37,006 nucleotides of DNA. It comes from Bacteroidales bacterium (GTDB taxonomy: Bacteria; Bacteroidota; Bacteroidia; Bacteroidales; UBA7960). Below the pieces are notes generated by a model. That model had not been told where the DNA came from. It did no database searches and saw only the letters and a program-made list of their open reading frames with translations. A program made the position numbers and the translations under genes. This document shows, piece by piece, positions 1 through 9,337 of the stretch; the first letter of the stretch is position 1, and each line of letters begins with the position of its first letter. The stretch spans positions 1 through 37,006 of the forward strand of contig SKNE01000217.1 of NCBI GenBank assembly GCA_007120675.1. The letters are read 5' to 3'.

Positions 1-90
1 AAAACCAAAAAGAGAAAAAGAAATCTGACAAAAACTACATTGGTGCACAAAGCCGATGAGAAAAACATCAAGGCAATGTTGGCCATGTAA
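1..90 (+). CDS. rpmI: 50S ribosomal protein L35, C-terminal fragment (5' end outside window)
   Basis: Frame 1 is open from base 1 and reads KTKKRKRNLTKTTLVHKADEKNIKAMLAM*. This is a basic L35-like tail, and it lies directly upstream of rplT as in the conserved infC-rpmI-rplT arrangement. Confidence 0.75.
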   Translation, partial: KTKKRKRNLTKTTLVHKADEKNIKAMLAM

Positions 91-178
91 TTCAGTTTCT
101 GACTATTATTAACCTTTGTTAAAGCAAGACAAGTTTTTCCCTGTAGAGGAAAACGCTTAACAAAAAAAACTAAAAATT

Positions 179-523
179 ATGCCAAGATCAGTAAATAAAG
201 TCGCCGCAAGGCGCAAAAGAAAAAAGCTGTTAAAGCTTACCAAGGGCTACTTCGGTGCCAGAAAAAATGTCTACACAGTAGCTAAAAACACTTACGAAAA
301 AGGGTTGACCTATGCTTACCGCGACAGGCGCACCAAAAAAAGAGAGTTCAGGAAACTCTGGATCCAGCGTATCAATGCCGCCGTCAGGCAATACGACATG
401 AGCTATTCCCAGTTTATTGGTAAACTGAATGCCAAGGATATACAAATCAACCGCAAGGTGCTGGCCGACCTGGCCATGAACCATCCCGATGCGTTCAAAG
501 CCATTGTGGACACAGTCAAATAA
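179..523 (+). CDS. rplT: 50S ribosomal protein L20
   Basis: 114 aa starting [27 protein letters not shown], with a typical L20 N-terminus, length and basic composition. ATG start. Confidence 0.97.
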   Translation: MPRSVNKVAARRKRKKLLKLTKGYFGARKNVYTVAKNTYEKGLTYAYRDRRTKKREFRKLWIQRINAAVRQYDMSYSQFIGKLNAKDIQINRKVLADLAMNHPDAFKAIVDTVK

Positions 524-573
524 GCATTCAATGAAGGGCACCAGTGCCCGCAAGTCATTACACGGACATCACG

Positions 574-609
574 GAAAGGGGGCCACAACAGCCCCCTTTC
601 TTCATTCAT
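574..609 (+). terminator. Rho-independent terminator after rplT
   Basis: Perfect 10-bp stem GAAAGGGGGC (574-583) / GCCCCCTTTC (591-600) with 7-nt loop CACAACA, followed by T-rich TTCATTCAT. It lies in the convergent gap between rplT (+) and the NUDIX gene (-). Confidence 0.65.
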
Positions 610-676
610 ACCATGTTTCTTCTTTCAGGCGGCCACGCTGATCGTACAGATACACCCGCTGCTTGCCTGGCGTCAT

Positions 677-1339
677 TCAGCTGCCAGTGATCCCTTCTGA
701 CAGCGCCAGGAATTCAGCCATTATCATGGCAGTGGCACCCCAGATCATCTCTCCGTGAATGACAAAACAGGGCGTTTGAAGCCGTATGCCGGTGGACAGG
801 GTAATGGCCCTCATCTGCTTGTTATTCCTTTCCCGGAAGGCTGGCAGGGGCAACTCAAGCAGCCTGTCCACCTCCTTTTTATCAGGAACAAACGCCGGCC
901 TGCGGTCGGTCAGCCCCACAAAGGGACTCACAATGTAATTGCTGGGTGGTATGTAAAGCGGGGTGAGTCCGCCGATCACCTCCACCCTGTCCGGATCCAC
1001 CCCCACTTCCTCCTGTGCTTCCCTCAGGGCGGTTTGCTCCAGGTCCTTGTCGGTGCTTTCATATCGCCCGCCCGGAAAGGCGATCTGTCCGCTATGCGCC
1101 CCATCGTAACGGGGTCGCTGAATGAAAACCATCAGGGGCTCCCCGCGTTCTCCGGGATACAAAAGCAGCAATACGCTGCTTTTCACCGGTGATTGCCCGC
1201 TTCCCCGCGCCCTGATCTCGTTCCGGCGGTTCGTTGGGGCCATTTCCAGCTGTATCTCCATGCCGGGAAGGGCATCAAAGGGCCTGGCACGTAAAATGCC
1301 GGCCAGGTCATTATAGGATATGTTGACTGTTTGCTGCAT
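677..1339 (-). CDS. NUDIX hydrolase, CoA pyrophosphatase-like (NudL/PCD1 type)
   Basis: Nudix box GGRYESTDKDLEQTALREAQEEVG is preceded by the CoA-pyrophosphatase-type motif H-SGQIAFPGG. I chose the internal ATG at 1339 (MQQTVNIS...) because the longer ORF (to 1375) would overlap the photolyase. This start overlaps the photolyase stop as TGATG. Confidence 0.85.
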   Translation of the reverse strand: MQQTVNISYNDLAGILRARPFDALPGMEIQLEMAPTNRRNEIRARGSGQSPVKSSVLLLLYPGERGEPLMVFIQRPRYDGAHSGQIAFPGGRYESTDKDLEQTALREAQEEVGVDPDRVEVIGGLTPLYIPPSNYIVSPFVGLTDRRPAFVPDKKEVDRLLELPLPAFRERNNKQMRAITLSTGIRLQTPCFVIHGEMIWGATAMIMAEFLALSEGITGS

Positions 1340-2646
1340 CACCTCTCCAAAGCCTCCTTGTAAACCTGCAGGCACCTCTTGCGTGCCGCACCGTGATCAA
1401 CCATGGGCGCAGGGTAACGGGCGCTGTCCAGTTCGGGAAGCCACTGCCTGACAAAGGCACCCTGCGGATCAAACTTTTTTTGCTGGCTTGCCGGATTAAA
1501 GATACGAAAATATGGCGCGGCATCGCAACCTGTGCCGGCGCTCCACTGCCATCCCCCGTTATTGGATGACAATTCATAGTCGAACAGCAGGCGGGCAAAC
1601 CAGGCCTCACCCCAGCGCCAGTCGATGAGCAGGTGCTTGCTCAGGAAGCTGGCGGTGATCATGCGCAAACGGTTATGCATATAGCCCGTTGCAGCCAGCT
1701 GACGCATTCCCGCATCCACCATGGGGTAGCCTGTGCGTCCCTCCTTCCAGCGTAAAAACCCCTCCTCATCCCGGCGCCATTCGATGCGGTCGTAAGCAGG
1801 CTTAAAGGCCCGGGTGACGACATGTGGATAGTACCACATTATCATGGCATAAAACTCGCGCCAGATCAGCTCGTTCAAAAAGGTGTCGTTCCATTCCAGG
1901 GCTTTCTTCACCAGGTGGCGTATGCTGATGGTGCCAAAGCGCAGGTGCACGCCCAGGCGGGTGCACCCCTGCCGTGCAGGATAATCGCGGTGCAGGTGAT
2001 AAGCGCTGATCACCTCCTTGTCGACCCGTAATGGCGGTGCTTCCAGGTCTGCAGCCGCAAGACCCAGGGCCTCCAGGCCGGGGAATTCCTTTTCACCTGC
2101 TTCCATGACAAGGGCCAGGAGCTGACCAGGGTCATGCTCCCTTAGGTGTTCCCGGCTGAGCACCTGCCTCCAGCGTCGGCTGTAAGGGGTAAAAACGTGG
2201 TAAGGCGTGCCGTCGGACTTCAACACTTCATCCCTGTCCATTACAAGGTGATCCACGCTGGTATGGAAGGCAGTGCCGGCCCTCTTGCACCATGCGGCAA
2301 TCTTTGCATCGCGCTCAATGCCATAGGCTTCGTGATCTGCGTTACAGTAAATGGCCTCAATGGGGTATTGCTCCAGCAAAGAACGGATCACCTGTCCAGG
2401 CCTGCCACGGCGTATCACCAGGGAGCCACCATGCTTCCTCAGCGCTTTGTCCATCTCCCCCAGCCTCTTGTAAATAAAGCCCAGACGGTGATCACCGGCC
2501 GGCAGGGTGGCCAGTATATCATCATCAAATATAAACAGCGCCAAAACCGGCCTGCCACGCTGTAAAGCCTGGTAAAGGGCTTTATTGTCGTGCAGGCGGA
2601 GGTCGCGGCGGAACCAGAACAGAACGATCGCATCAGGGGTCCCCAT
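1339..2646 (-). CDS. phr: Deoxyribodipyrimidine photolyase / cryptochrome family protein
   Basis: 435 aa. N-terminus is IVLFWFRRDLRLHDNKAL. FAD-binding region motifs are WREFY, TGYPMVDAGMRQL, MHNRLRM and GGWQW. Photolyase and CRY-DASH cannot be told apart by eye. Confidence 0.9.
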   Translation of the reverse strand: MGTPDAIVLFWFRRDLRLHDNKALYQALQRGRPVLALFIFDDDILATLPAGDHRLGFIYKRLGEMDKALRKHGGSLVIRRGRPGQVIRSLLEQYPIEAIYCNADHEAYGIERDAKIAAWCKRAGTAFHTSVDHLVMDRDEVLKSDGTPYHVFTPYSRRWRQVLSREHLREHDPGQLLALVMEAGEKEFPGLEALGLAAADLEAPPLRVDKEVISAYHLHRDYPARQGCTRLGVHLRFGTISIRHLVKKALEWNDTFLNELIWREFYAMIMWYYPHVVTRAFKPAYDRIEWRRDEEGFLRWKEGRTGYPMVDAGMRQLAATGYMHNRLRMITASFLSKHLLIDWRWGEAWFARLLFDYELSSNNGGWQWSAGTGCDAAPYFRIFNPASQQKKFDPQGAFVRQWLPELDSARYPAPMVDHGAARKRCLQVYKEALER

Positions 2647-2727
2647 AAGTACAGTACATGTTTAACTTCAAGCGGGCAAGGTAATAAAATATCGGCAAAG
2701 GGCATCAGGTGGTTATAAAAGAAGAAT

Positions 2728-2735
2728 TAACTTTG
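2728..2735 (+). promoter_or_regulatory. Bacteroidota-type -7 promoter box (TAnnTTTG) for the transporter gene
   Basis: TAACTTTG lies 54 nt upstream of the ATG at 2789, in the divergent intergenic region. Confidence 0.4.
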
Positions 2736-2788
2736 TTACCACCATCCGGACAAGGATGACCGGATGCTAACGTTCAAGCCTGCATGCC

Positions 2789-4378
2789 ATGACGGATCTT
2801 TTGTATGAAGGATACTTCGCCCTCTTCCTGATCATCACCCTCGGCATCATCCTGGGAAACGTAAAGTTTCGAGGATTTTCCCTTGATCTCTCGGCCGTGG
2901 TCTTTGTAGCCCTCATCATGGGGCACTATGGTATCATGGTACCGGTGGCGTTCCAAACCATTGGCCTGGTATTTTTCATTTTCACCATTGGCATCCAGAC
3001 CGGACCAGGTTTTTTTGATGCTTTCCGAAAGACCGGCAGGCAGTTTTTGAGTGTTTGCCTGCTGCTGATCAGCACAGCGGCGGCCCTTAGCTTTGCCACC
3101 ACCCGGCTGTTCAACCTGGACCCGCACCTGGGTGTCGGTATCTTCAACGGCGCATTAACCAGCACCTCGGGCCTGGCTGCAGCCATTGACATGTCCGGGT
3201 CCACAGTGCCTTCCATAGGCTATGGTGTGGTCTATCCCGCCGGCGCAGTGATGGCCATCCTCACCATCCACCTTTTGCCGCTGATCCTGCGCGTCGACAT
3301 GAAAAGGGAAGAGAAGCAGTACCTTGAGAAGGCCCACGCCGAGCACCCCAGGGTGAGCGCCCAGAATTTCATTGTGAGGAACAAGAACATCGACGGGAAA
3401 AGCATCCGTGAGATTGGGGTGGGCACCATGACCAGGGCCATCATCAGCCGGATAAAGCACGGGGACAAGGTTTATGCACCGGGTGAAAACACACGCCTGT
3501 ACCTGGGAGACATCGTCAAGTTTGTGGGCACGGACCAGGCCCTGGAAAAGGTGGAGCTGATGATTGGTCCGCGCACAGAAAGGAAGATCCCCAGGGCGAG
3601 CGGACACAAGATCAACTGGGTGCTGGTCACCTGCAAGGAGGTGATCAATAAGAGCCTCAGTGAACTGAACCTGACAGCCTACTACGGGGCCACCATCACC
3701 CGCATACGCCGCAGTGGCATAGACATCTCCCCCAAAGCAGGCAGTACATTGCGCTTCGGGGACAAAGTCCTGCTGGCTGCCGACGAAGAGAACATGCCCA
3801 AGGTGATGCAGTTGCTGGGCAACAACGAAAAACGGCTCAGCGAAACCAACTTTCTCCCCATCAGCCTGGGCATCATCATCGGTGTCCTCCTGGGGGCCAT
3901 CAATTTTCCCGTCTTCGGTTTCTTTGAATTTGCCCTGGGCACCACGGGCGGAGTCCTTACCGCTGCCCTCTTACTGAGCAAAATGGGCAAGACAGGCCCC
4001 ATCATATGGAGCATGTCCGGCGGTGCCAACAACCTGCTCAGGCAGCTGGGACTCCTGATGTTCCTGGCTACCGTGGGAACCCACGCCGGCGCACATATCG
4101 CCGACGCCCTGCTCGAGTACGGGTGGACCCTCCTCTACACCGGGGTGATGATCACGGTGCTGCCAATGGTGATCACCACGCTGATCGGTCACTACGTTTT
4201 GCATATTAACTTCGCCACACTCCTGGGGGTGGTGGCAGGAAGCATGACCAGTACCCCGGGACTGGCGGCAGCCGACTCCAAAACGGAAACCGACGCTGCC
4301 TCCCTGGGTTACGCCACGGTGTATCCCCTGGCCCTGGTGCTGATGATCATATTCTCCAAGCTGTTGAGTGTCATCTGA
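2789..4378 (+). CDS. Putative transporter of the AAE (YidE/YbjL, aspartate:alanine exchanger) family with two central RCK-C/TrkA-C domains
   Basis: 529 aa. Hydrophobic N- and C-terminal halves are internally duplicated (...GIQTGPGFF... / ...GTHAGAHI...). They flank two soluble repeats (LYLGDIVKFVGT..., LRFGDKVLLAADEE...) typical of TrkA-C. Confidence 0.85.
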   Translation: MTDLLYEGYFALFLIITLGIILGNVKFRGFSLDLSAVVFVALIMGHYGIMVPVAFQTIGLVFFIFTIGIQTGPGFFDAFRKTGRQFLSVCLLLISTAAALSFATTRLFNLDPHLGVGIFNGALTSTSGLAAAIDMSGSTVPSIGYGVVYPAGAVMAILTIHLLPLILRVDMKREEKQYLEKAHAEHPRVSAQNFIVRNKNIDGKSIREIGVGTMTRAIISRIKHGDKVYAPGENTRLYLGDIVKFVGTDQALEKVELMIGPRTERKIPRASGHKINWVLVTCKEVINKSLSELNLTAYYGATITRIRRSGIDISPKAGSTLRFGDKVLLAADEENMPKVMQLLGNNEKRLSETNFLPISLGIIIGVLLGAINFPVFGFFEFALGTTGGVLTAALLLSKMGKTGPIIWSMSGGANNLLRQLGLLMFLATVGTHAGAHIADALLEYGWTLLYTGVMITVLPMVITTLIGHYVLHINFATLLGVVAGSMTSTPGLAAADSKTETDAASLGYATVYPLALVLMIIFSKLLSVI

Positions 4379-4431
4379 CACCGGCACCTTTTGATCCCAA
4401 TCAATGACCCAATAATAATACCCAGTGAATA

Positions 4432-4896
4432 ATGGCAACAAACCTGATACAGAACCCACAGAAGATCCGGGAGATCATCGACCAATGCGACACCTGTTAC
4501 GTTGGGATGGTAGACCAGGAAGGAAAGCCTTACGTGCTGCCGTTTAACTTTGGCTACGAGGAGGGCAGCATTTACCTGCATATGGCCCCCCAGGGCAAGA
4601 AGATTGGCGTAATGCGAAACAACCCCGCCGTTTGTGTTGCTTTCAGCACCGACCACCAGCTTTTCCACAGAAACGAAGGGGTTGCCTGCAGCTATGGCAT
4701 GAGATACCGCAGCGTACTGGCCTATGGTGAGGTGGAGTTCATTGACGATTACGATGAGAAAGTCAGGATACTGAACGTGACCATGAAGAAGTATACGGCC
4801 AAAGAGTTCAGCTACAATGCACCCGCTGTGAATAACGTCACCGTGTGCCGGATCCGGGTGAATAAAATTGATGGCAAGCTGTCAGGCTATTTCTGA
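4432..4896 (+). CDS. Pyridoxamine 5'-phosphate oxidase family (Pyridox_ox_2 / Nim-like) flavin-binding protein
   Basis: 154 aa with the split-barrel pattern ..[36 protein letters not shown]..., and typical size. The 3' end overlaps the obg 3' end by 10 bp. Confidence 0.8.
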   Translation: MATNLIQNPQKIREIIDQCDTCYVGMVDQEGKPYVLPFNFGYEEGSIYLHMAPQGKKIGVMRNNPAVCVAFSTDHQLFHRNEGVACSYGMRYRSVLAYGEVEFIDDYDEKVRILNVTMKKYTAKEFSYNAPAVNNVTVCRIRVNKIDGKLSGYF

Positions 4897-5915
4897 TCCC
4901 ATTCTGCGGCATCATCACCGCCGGCCATCATGCTCCACAGCGTATCCTTCATCAGCTGGATGCCCATCTGGGTGTGGGAGGATATGAACACTTGCCTGGT
5001 ATCGGGCAGGCTCTTCGACAGGACCTCTTTCAGCTCATTGAGTGATTCCCTGCTGAGCAGATCACATTTGCTCACAGCCAGCAGCCTTTGCTTATCCAGC
5101 AGCTCGGGCTTGTATGCCCTGAGTTCCCTGAGCAGGATGTGAAATTCATTGGGGATATCCTCGCTGTCGGCAGGTACCATGAACAGCAAGAGGGCATTCC
5201 TTTCAATGTGTCGCAAAAAGCGGTGACCCAACCCCTTGCCCTTATGGGCCCCCTCAATGATGCCAGGGATGTCTGCCATCACAAATGAGCGTTGGTCGCG
5301 GTAGGCCACCATCCCCAGGTTGGGCACCAGGGTGGTGAAAGGATAATTGGCGATCTCGGGCTTGGCTGCACTCACAACCGACAGCAGCGTCGACTTGCCG
5401 GCATTGGGGAAGCCCACCAGTCCCACATCGGCAAGGACCTTGAGTTCCAATACAAACCATTTCTCCTGGCCGGACTCTCCGGGCTGAGCATATCGTGGCG
5501 TTTGCCGCGTGCTCGATTTGAAGTGCACATTTCCACGGCCCCCCTTACCACCTCTCAGCAACACAACCTCCTGTCCGTCATCCGTTATTTCGGCCACCTG
5601 CTGGCCAGTGCCGGCCTCCTTAACCACCGTGCCAAGGGGAACTTCCACCACCACATCCTTTCCGGAAGCACCGCTGCTTCGCTGCTTCCCCCCCGCTCCA
5701 CCGGGTCCGGCGACCAGGTGCCGGGTATACTTCAGGTGCAACAGGGTCCACAAGTGGCTGTTACCGCGCAACAGGATGTGGCCGCCACGCCCCCCGTCAC
5801 CACCGTCAGGACCACCCTTGGGCACGAATTTCTCGCGCCTCAGGTGGGCAGAACCGGCCCCTCCCTTACCCGAGCGGCAGCAAACCTTTATATAGTCAAT
5901 GAAATTGGCGTTCAT
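4887..5915 (-). CDS. obg: GTPase Obg/CgtA
   Basis: Glycine-rich Obg fold [30 protein letters not shown], then G-domain motifs GFPNAGKST (G1), DIPG (G3) and SKCD (G4). Confidence 0.97.
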   Translation of the reverse strand: MNANFIDYIKVCCRSGKGGAGSAHLRREKFVPKGGPDGGDGGRGGHILLRGNSHLWTLLHLKYTRHLVAGPGGAGGKQRSSGASGKDVVVEVPLGTVVKEAGTGQQVAEITDDGQEVVLLRGGKGGRGNVHFKSSTRQTPRYAQPGESGQEKWFVLELKVLADVGLVGFPNAGKSTLLSVVSAAKPEIANYPFTTLVPNLGMVAYRDQRSFVMADIPGIIEGAHKGKGLGHRFLRHIERNALLLFMVPADSEDIPNEFHILLRELRAYKPELLDKQRLLAVSKCDLLSRESLNELKEVLSKSLPDTRQVFISSHTQMGIQLMKDTLWSMMAGGDDAAEWDQK

Positions 5916-6020
5916 CCTGCTGGGATCCTTCCTGCAACAAACAGTCGCAAATACAAAGGCCCGGCAAACCAGGCCGGACCAGGCATACTGGGTTCAATCA
6001 TACAATGACGTCAAAAATGG

Positions 6021-6623
6021 TCAGTCCACCACAGGGAGCACGGTTTGGCTTTCCAGGTAGGTGTCAATGGCCCTGGTGATCTTGTCAAACACCTGGTCAA
6101 CGGGCGACATGCCATTGATGCTCGCGATCTTGCCCTGCTCCATATAATAGGATATCAGGGGCAGGGTCTGCTCCTTGTACACCTCCAGGCGACGCCTGAT
6201 GATGTGCTCTGCATCGTCACTCCGGCCGGAGTCCTCCCCACGTCCCATCATGCGTTTAAACAGCTCCTCTTCCTCCACATCCACCGAAATAACCAGGCTG
6301 ATAGGCAGGCCTTCCGCCTCCAGCATCTGGTCCAGCGCCCTGGCCTGCACGATGGTGCGGGGGAAGCCGTCAAAGATAAAACCAGGCTTGTCCAGGTGCC
6401 TGTTGATGTGCATGTCTATCTCTTTGAGCACAACCTCATCCGGTACAAGCAAACCCTTGTCAATGTAACCCCTGACTTCCCGGCCCAGGGGGGTGTCATT
6501 TTTCATCTCTTCCCTCATCATATCCCCGGTGGACAGATGGATCAGGTCATACTTCTTAACGATACGGGCCGACTGTGTGCCTTTACCGGAGCCCGGCGGA
6601 CCAAAAATTACAATATTCAGCAT
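6021..6623 (-). CDS. adk: Adenylate kinase
   Basis: MLNIVIFGPPGSGKGTQ P-loop right at the N-terminus, plus ...LSTGDMMRE... and GFPRT. I prefer the ATG at 6623 (200 aa). An upstream in-frame ATG at 6668 overlaps the hpt stop as ATGA and would add 15 non-conserved residues. Confidence 0.93.
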   Translation of the reverse strand: MLNIVIFGPPGSGKGTQSARIVKKYDLIHLSTGDMMREEMKNDTPLGREVRGYIDKGLLVPDEVVLKEIDMHINRHLDKPGFIFDGFPRTIVQARALDQMLEAEGLPISLVISVDVEEEELFKRMMGRGEDSGRSDDAEHIIRRRLEVYKEQTLPLISYYMEQGKIASINGMSPVDQVFDKITRAIDTYLESQTVLPVVD

Positions 6624-6664
6624 ATGCAAAAAGTTTTCCCCCGGCATCGGTCCGGAGATATTGG

Positions 6665-7207
6665 TCATGATTGATCAGTGATCTTGTAAATGTCTTTGTA
6701 ATTCCTTCCAAACCCGTTATAATCCAGGCCATAACCAACGATGAAGTCATTGGGGATCTCCAGGCCCACGTAATCGGGTTTCACATCGGTCTGCACAGCG
6801 TCGGGCTTAAGCAGCAGGGTGGCCAGCCTGATGCTGGCCGGTTGATAGCGCGTCAGATCCTCCACCAGGTGAGCCACCGTGATGCCGGTGTCTACGATGT
6901 CCTCCAGGATGATCACCTCACGCCCCCCAATGTCCTTGTCCAGGCCGATGAGTGTCTTCACTTCGCCGGTGGATTGTGTATCGCGGTAAGAAGATAGTTT
7001 GATGAAGCTGATCTCGCACGGGTCCGGGTAATGCTTAAACAGGTCCGCCGCAAACATGAATGCCCCGTTCAGCACACAAAGAAACAGGGGCTGCCTGCCC
7101 TGGTAGTCATCATATATGCGGGCGGACATATCCCTCACGGCCGCCTCGATGCGCTCATAAGGAATATTCTTGTCGAACTCCTTGTCCAGGATCCTGATTC
7201 TAGCCAT
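6665..7207 (-). CDS. hpt: Hypoxanthine phosphoribosyltransferase
   Basis: 180 aa with PRPP-binding loop VIILEDIVDTGIT and C-terminal FIVGYGLDY. Confidence 0.95.
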   Translation of the reverse strand: MARIRILDKEFDKNIPYERIEAAVRDMSARIYDDYQGRQPLFLCVLNGAFMFAADLFKHYPDPCEISFIKLSSYRDTQSTGEVKTLIGLDKDIGGREVIILEDIVDTGITVAHLVEDLTRYQPASIRLATLLLKPDAVQTDVKPDYVGLEIPNDFIVGYGLDYNGFGRNYKDIYKITDQS

Positions 7208-7349
7208 AAATGATCTGAGTTGAGTAAAAAAGGGGCACCCCTGACTCTCGGTTTGTCGCCCGAAGGCGAAAATACGAAATAATTGAAGGCACGGGACATT
7301 TTTTTGTACCCTGGATTTATTCTACTTTTACACAGACATTGTTTTTGCG

Positions 7350-8123
7350 ATGAACCAGGAGCAGCACAGGTATTTCATTCGGTTATCTTTCATGGGGACC
7401 GATTTTTGCGGCTGGCAGGTGCAACCTACCTCTCCGAGTGTGCAGGCTGAGCTGGAGTCCGCACTCACCTTGCTCCTGCGTGAGAATATCCGCCTCACTG
7501 GCGCCGGAAGAACCGATACCGGGGTCCATGCCCGTGAATTCTATGCCCACTTCACCCTTGAGCGGGCAATCCACCAGGATGAATTGGCCCAGCTGATTTA
7601 CAAATGCAACAGGATATTGCCCCCATCCATCGCACTGCAACAAATCCTGCCCGTCGAGGGCAATGCCCATGCGCGCTTCCATGCAATCAACCGCACCTAT
7701 CACTACAATATCTGCACCAGGAAAGACCCATTTTTGGCCGACAGGGCCTGGCTCATTGAACGGCAGCTGAACCTGCCGGCCATGCAGGAGGCAGCCGCAC
7801 TTTTGCTGGAATATGAAGACTTCAGCAGCTTTGCCCGTTCCAACACGCAGGTAAAAACACATATATGTAGCATAGAGGAGGCCCGTTGGGAACGCCATGA
7901 GCACCTCCTGTGCTTCAGGATCAGGGCAGACCGCTTTTTGCGCAATATGGTGAGGGCGATCGTGGGCAGCCTGGTGGATGTTGGACTGGGAAAGCATGAC
8001 ACGGCAGCCTTCCGGCGTATCATTGAAGCCAAAGACCGGGGGGCGGCGGGTTACTCAGCCCCGGCGCGCGGACTCTCCCTGGAGAAGATCAACTATCCGC
8101 CTGGTTTTCTTCCCGCAGGCTGA
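7350..8123 (+). CDS. truA: tRNA pseudouridine(38-40) synthase TruA
   Basis: Y.I.L.Y.GT.F.GWQ.Q pattern (YFIRLSFMGTDFCGWQVQ) and catalytic GAGRTDTGVHA. Confidence 0.95.
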   Translation: MNQEQHRYFIRLSFMGTDFCGWQVQPTSPSVQAELESALTLLLRENIRLTGAGRTDTGVHAREFYAHFTLERAIHQDELAQLIYKCNRILPPSIALQQILPVEGNAHARFHAINRTYHYNICTRKDPFLADRAWLIERQLNLPAMQEAAALLLEYEDFSSFARSNTQVKTHICSIEEARWERHEHLLCFRIRADRFLRNMVRAIVGSLVDVGLGKHDTAAFRRIIEAKDRGAAGYSAPARGLSLEKINYPPGFLPAG

Positions 8124-8174
8124 GGGCCATGGATGACCAGTCAGTCCCCGGGTGCCGGTGGATCATTCGTGCAC

Positions 8175-9296
8175 TTATTTCGACTTTTTACCGACCATGC
8201 CCAGTCTTTCGGCAATGGGCTTATCAGAAATATCATCGGCCCTGACTCTTTTTGTGTCGCCCAGGAGGAAACCATAGGGTTCCAGACCCGGTATCTCATC
8301 AAATATCACTTTCATCATGGCCATCCCGGGAATGAACAGGATCATGCCGGCCAGCCCCCATATGAAGTTACCTATGAGGAGGGCTATGATGGTCATCAGG
8401 GGATTCATTGACACCTTCCCCCCCACGATCTTTGGGGTAAAGAAGTTGCTTTCAGCCAGCTGTATGATGTAAAAAGAGAGAAAGATTCCGAAGGGATACC
8501 AGAGGGAATCCTTGGTGAGCAGGGCGTAGACGATGGGCAAGGTCGCGGCTATGAAAGGCCCAAGGAAGGGAATCACGTTGAGCAGGGCGGCAAATACGGC
8601 AAACAAAAGGGCATGCCGCAAGCCAAAGCTAAAGAGGGCGATGCTGTTCAGAACTGCAAGGATCACGATCACGATGAGCATCCCCACGATATAGTTCTGA
8701 ACCACCCTTTTCACCTTATGGATGACGGTCTGCACTTTATCCTGGTCATTTTCCGGGAATGCGCGCTTGATAAACTCGATGAGAAATTGCCTGAAGTAGA
8801 GGAATAAAAATATATAAATGGGGATAATAAAAATGATGGTAAGGGTGGTGGCTGTGGCGATCACCCCCTGCGTCAGGCTGGCCATGTTGTCGTACAAGTA
8901 GTTGAAGGCTGCCGACTGGATGTTGTCAAAGGAAATGGGCACGGCTCCCTCAATGTGTTGCTCGGTGAATTCGTTGAAGGTGCGTAAAAACTCCGTCATG
9001 CGCCGCTCCAGCAGGTAAATCTCATCTGCAAAGCCGATCAGCTGGTTATAGAAGAAATAGGCCAGTCCGAACAAAAAGCCGATCAACACGATCAGGCTGG
9101 TAAATGCAGCAAGCAGCCGCGGGAAGCGTTTGCTCTCCAGCCAGGAGGAGAGCGGACTAATCAGAACGGCCAGCAGGCCGGATATCATCAGGGGCACCAA
9201 AATGCCCTTGGCATAGATCATGATGCCCACGGTGAGGGTAATGGTGAGCAGCACCATGGGCAGCTTCACATAGAGCGGTTGTTTGCTTATCATCAC
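8175..9296 (-). CDS. AI-2E family (PerM/YhhT, UPF0118) transporter
   Basis: 373 aa polytopic membrane protein with the family-typical C-terminal half (..NVIPFLGPFIA...P...AL.., ..GGKV.MNPL..I.ALL). The ORF starts at a GTG (9296). An ATG follows immediately at 9293. Confidence 0.88.
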   Translation of the reverse strand: MMISKQPLYVKLPMVLLTITLTVGIMIYAKGILVPLMISGLLAVLISPLSSWLESKRFPRLLAAFTSLIVLIGFLFGLAYFFYNQLIGFADEIYLLERRMTEFLRTFNEFTEQHIEGAVPISFDNIQSAAFNYLYDNMASLTQGVIATATTLTIIFIIPIYIFLFLYFRQFLIEFIKRAFPENDQDKVQTVIHKVKRVVQNYIVGMLIVIVILAVLNSIALFSFGLRHALLFAVFAALLNVIPFLGPFIAATLPIVYALLTKDSLWYPFGIFLSFYIIQLAESNFFTPKIVGGKVSMNPLMTIIALLIGNFIWGLAGMILFIPGMAMMKVIFDEIPGLEPYGFLLGDTKRVRADDISDKPIAERLGMVGKKSK

Positions 9297-9337
9297 TTTA
9301 CTTATTAGGGTATTCGGGAAACCAATGTTCCCAGCTG

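Noticed and set aside
4432-4896. Possible 5-nitroimidazole resistance (Nim) determinant.
   Set aside because: It shares only the general PNPOx/Pyridox_ox_2 fold. Nim proteins cannot be distinguished from housekeeping family members by eye, and there is no mobile-element context.
7256-7269. A 5-bp hairpin with a C(UUCG)G-type tetraloop on the minus strand (TCGCC-CGAA-GGCGA on plus), in the hpt/truA divergent region.
   Set aside because: The stem is only 5 bp and expected by chance. There is no supporting context, though it could be a 5'-UTR stabiliser.
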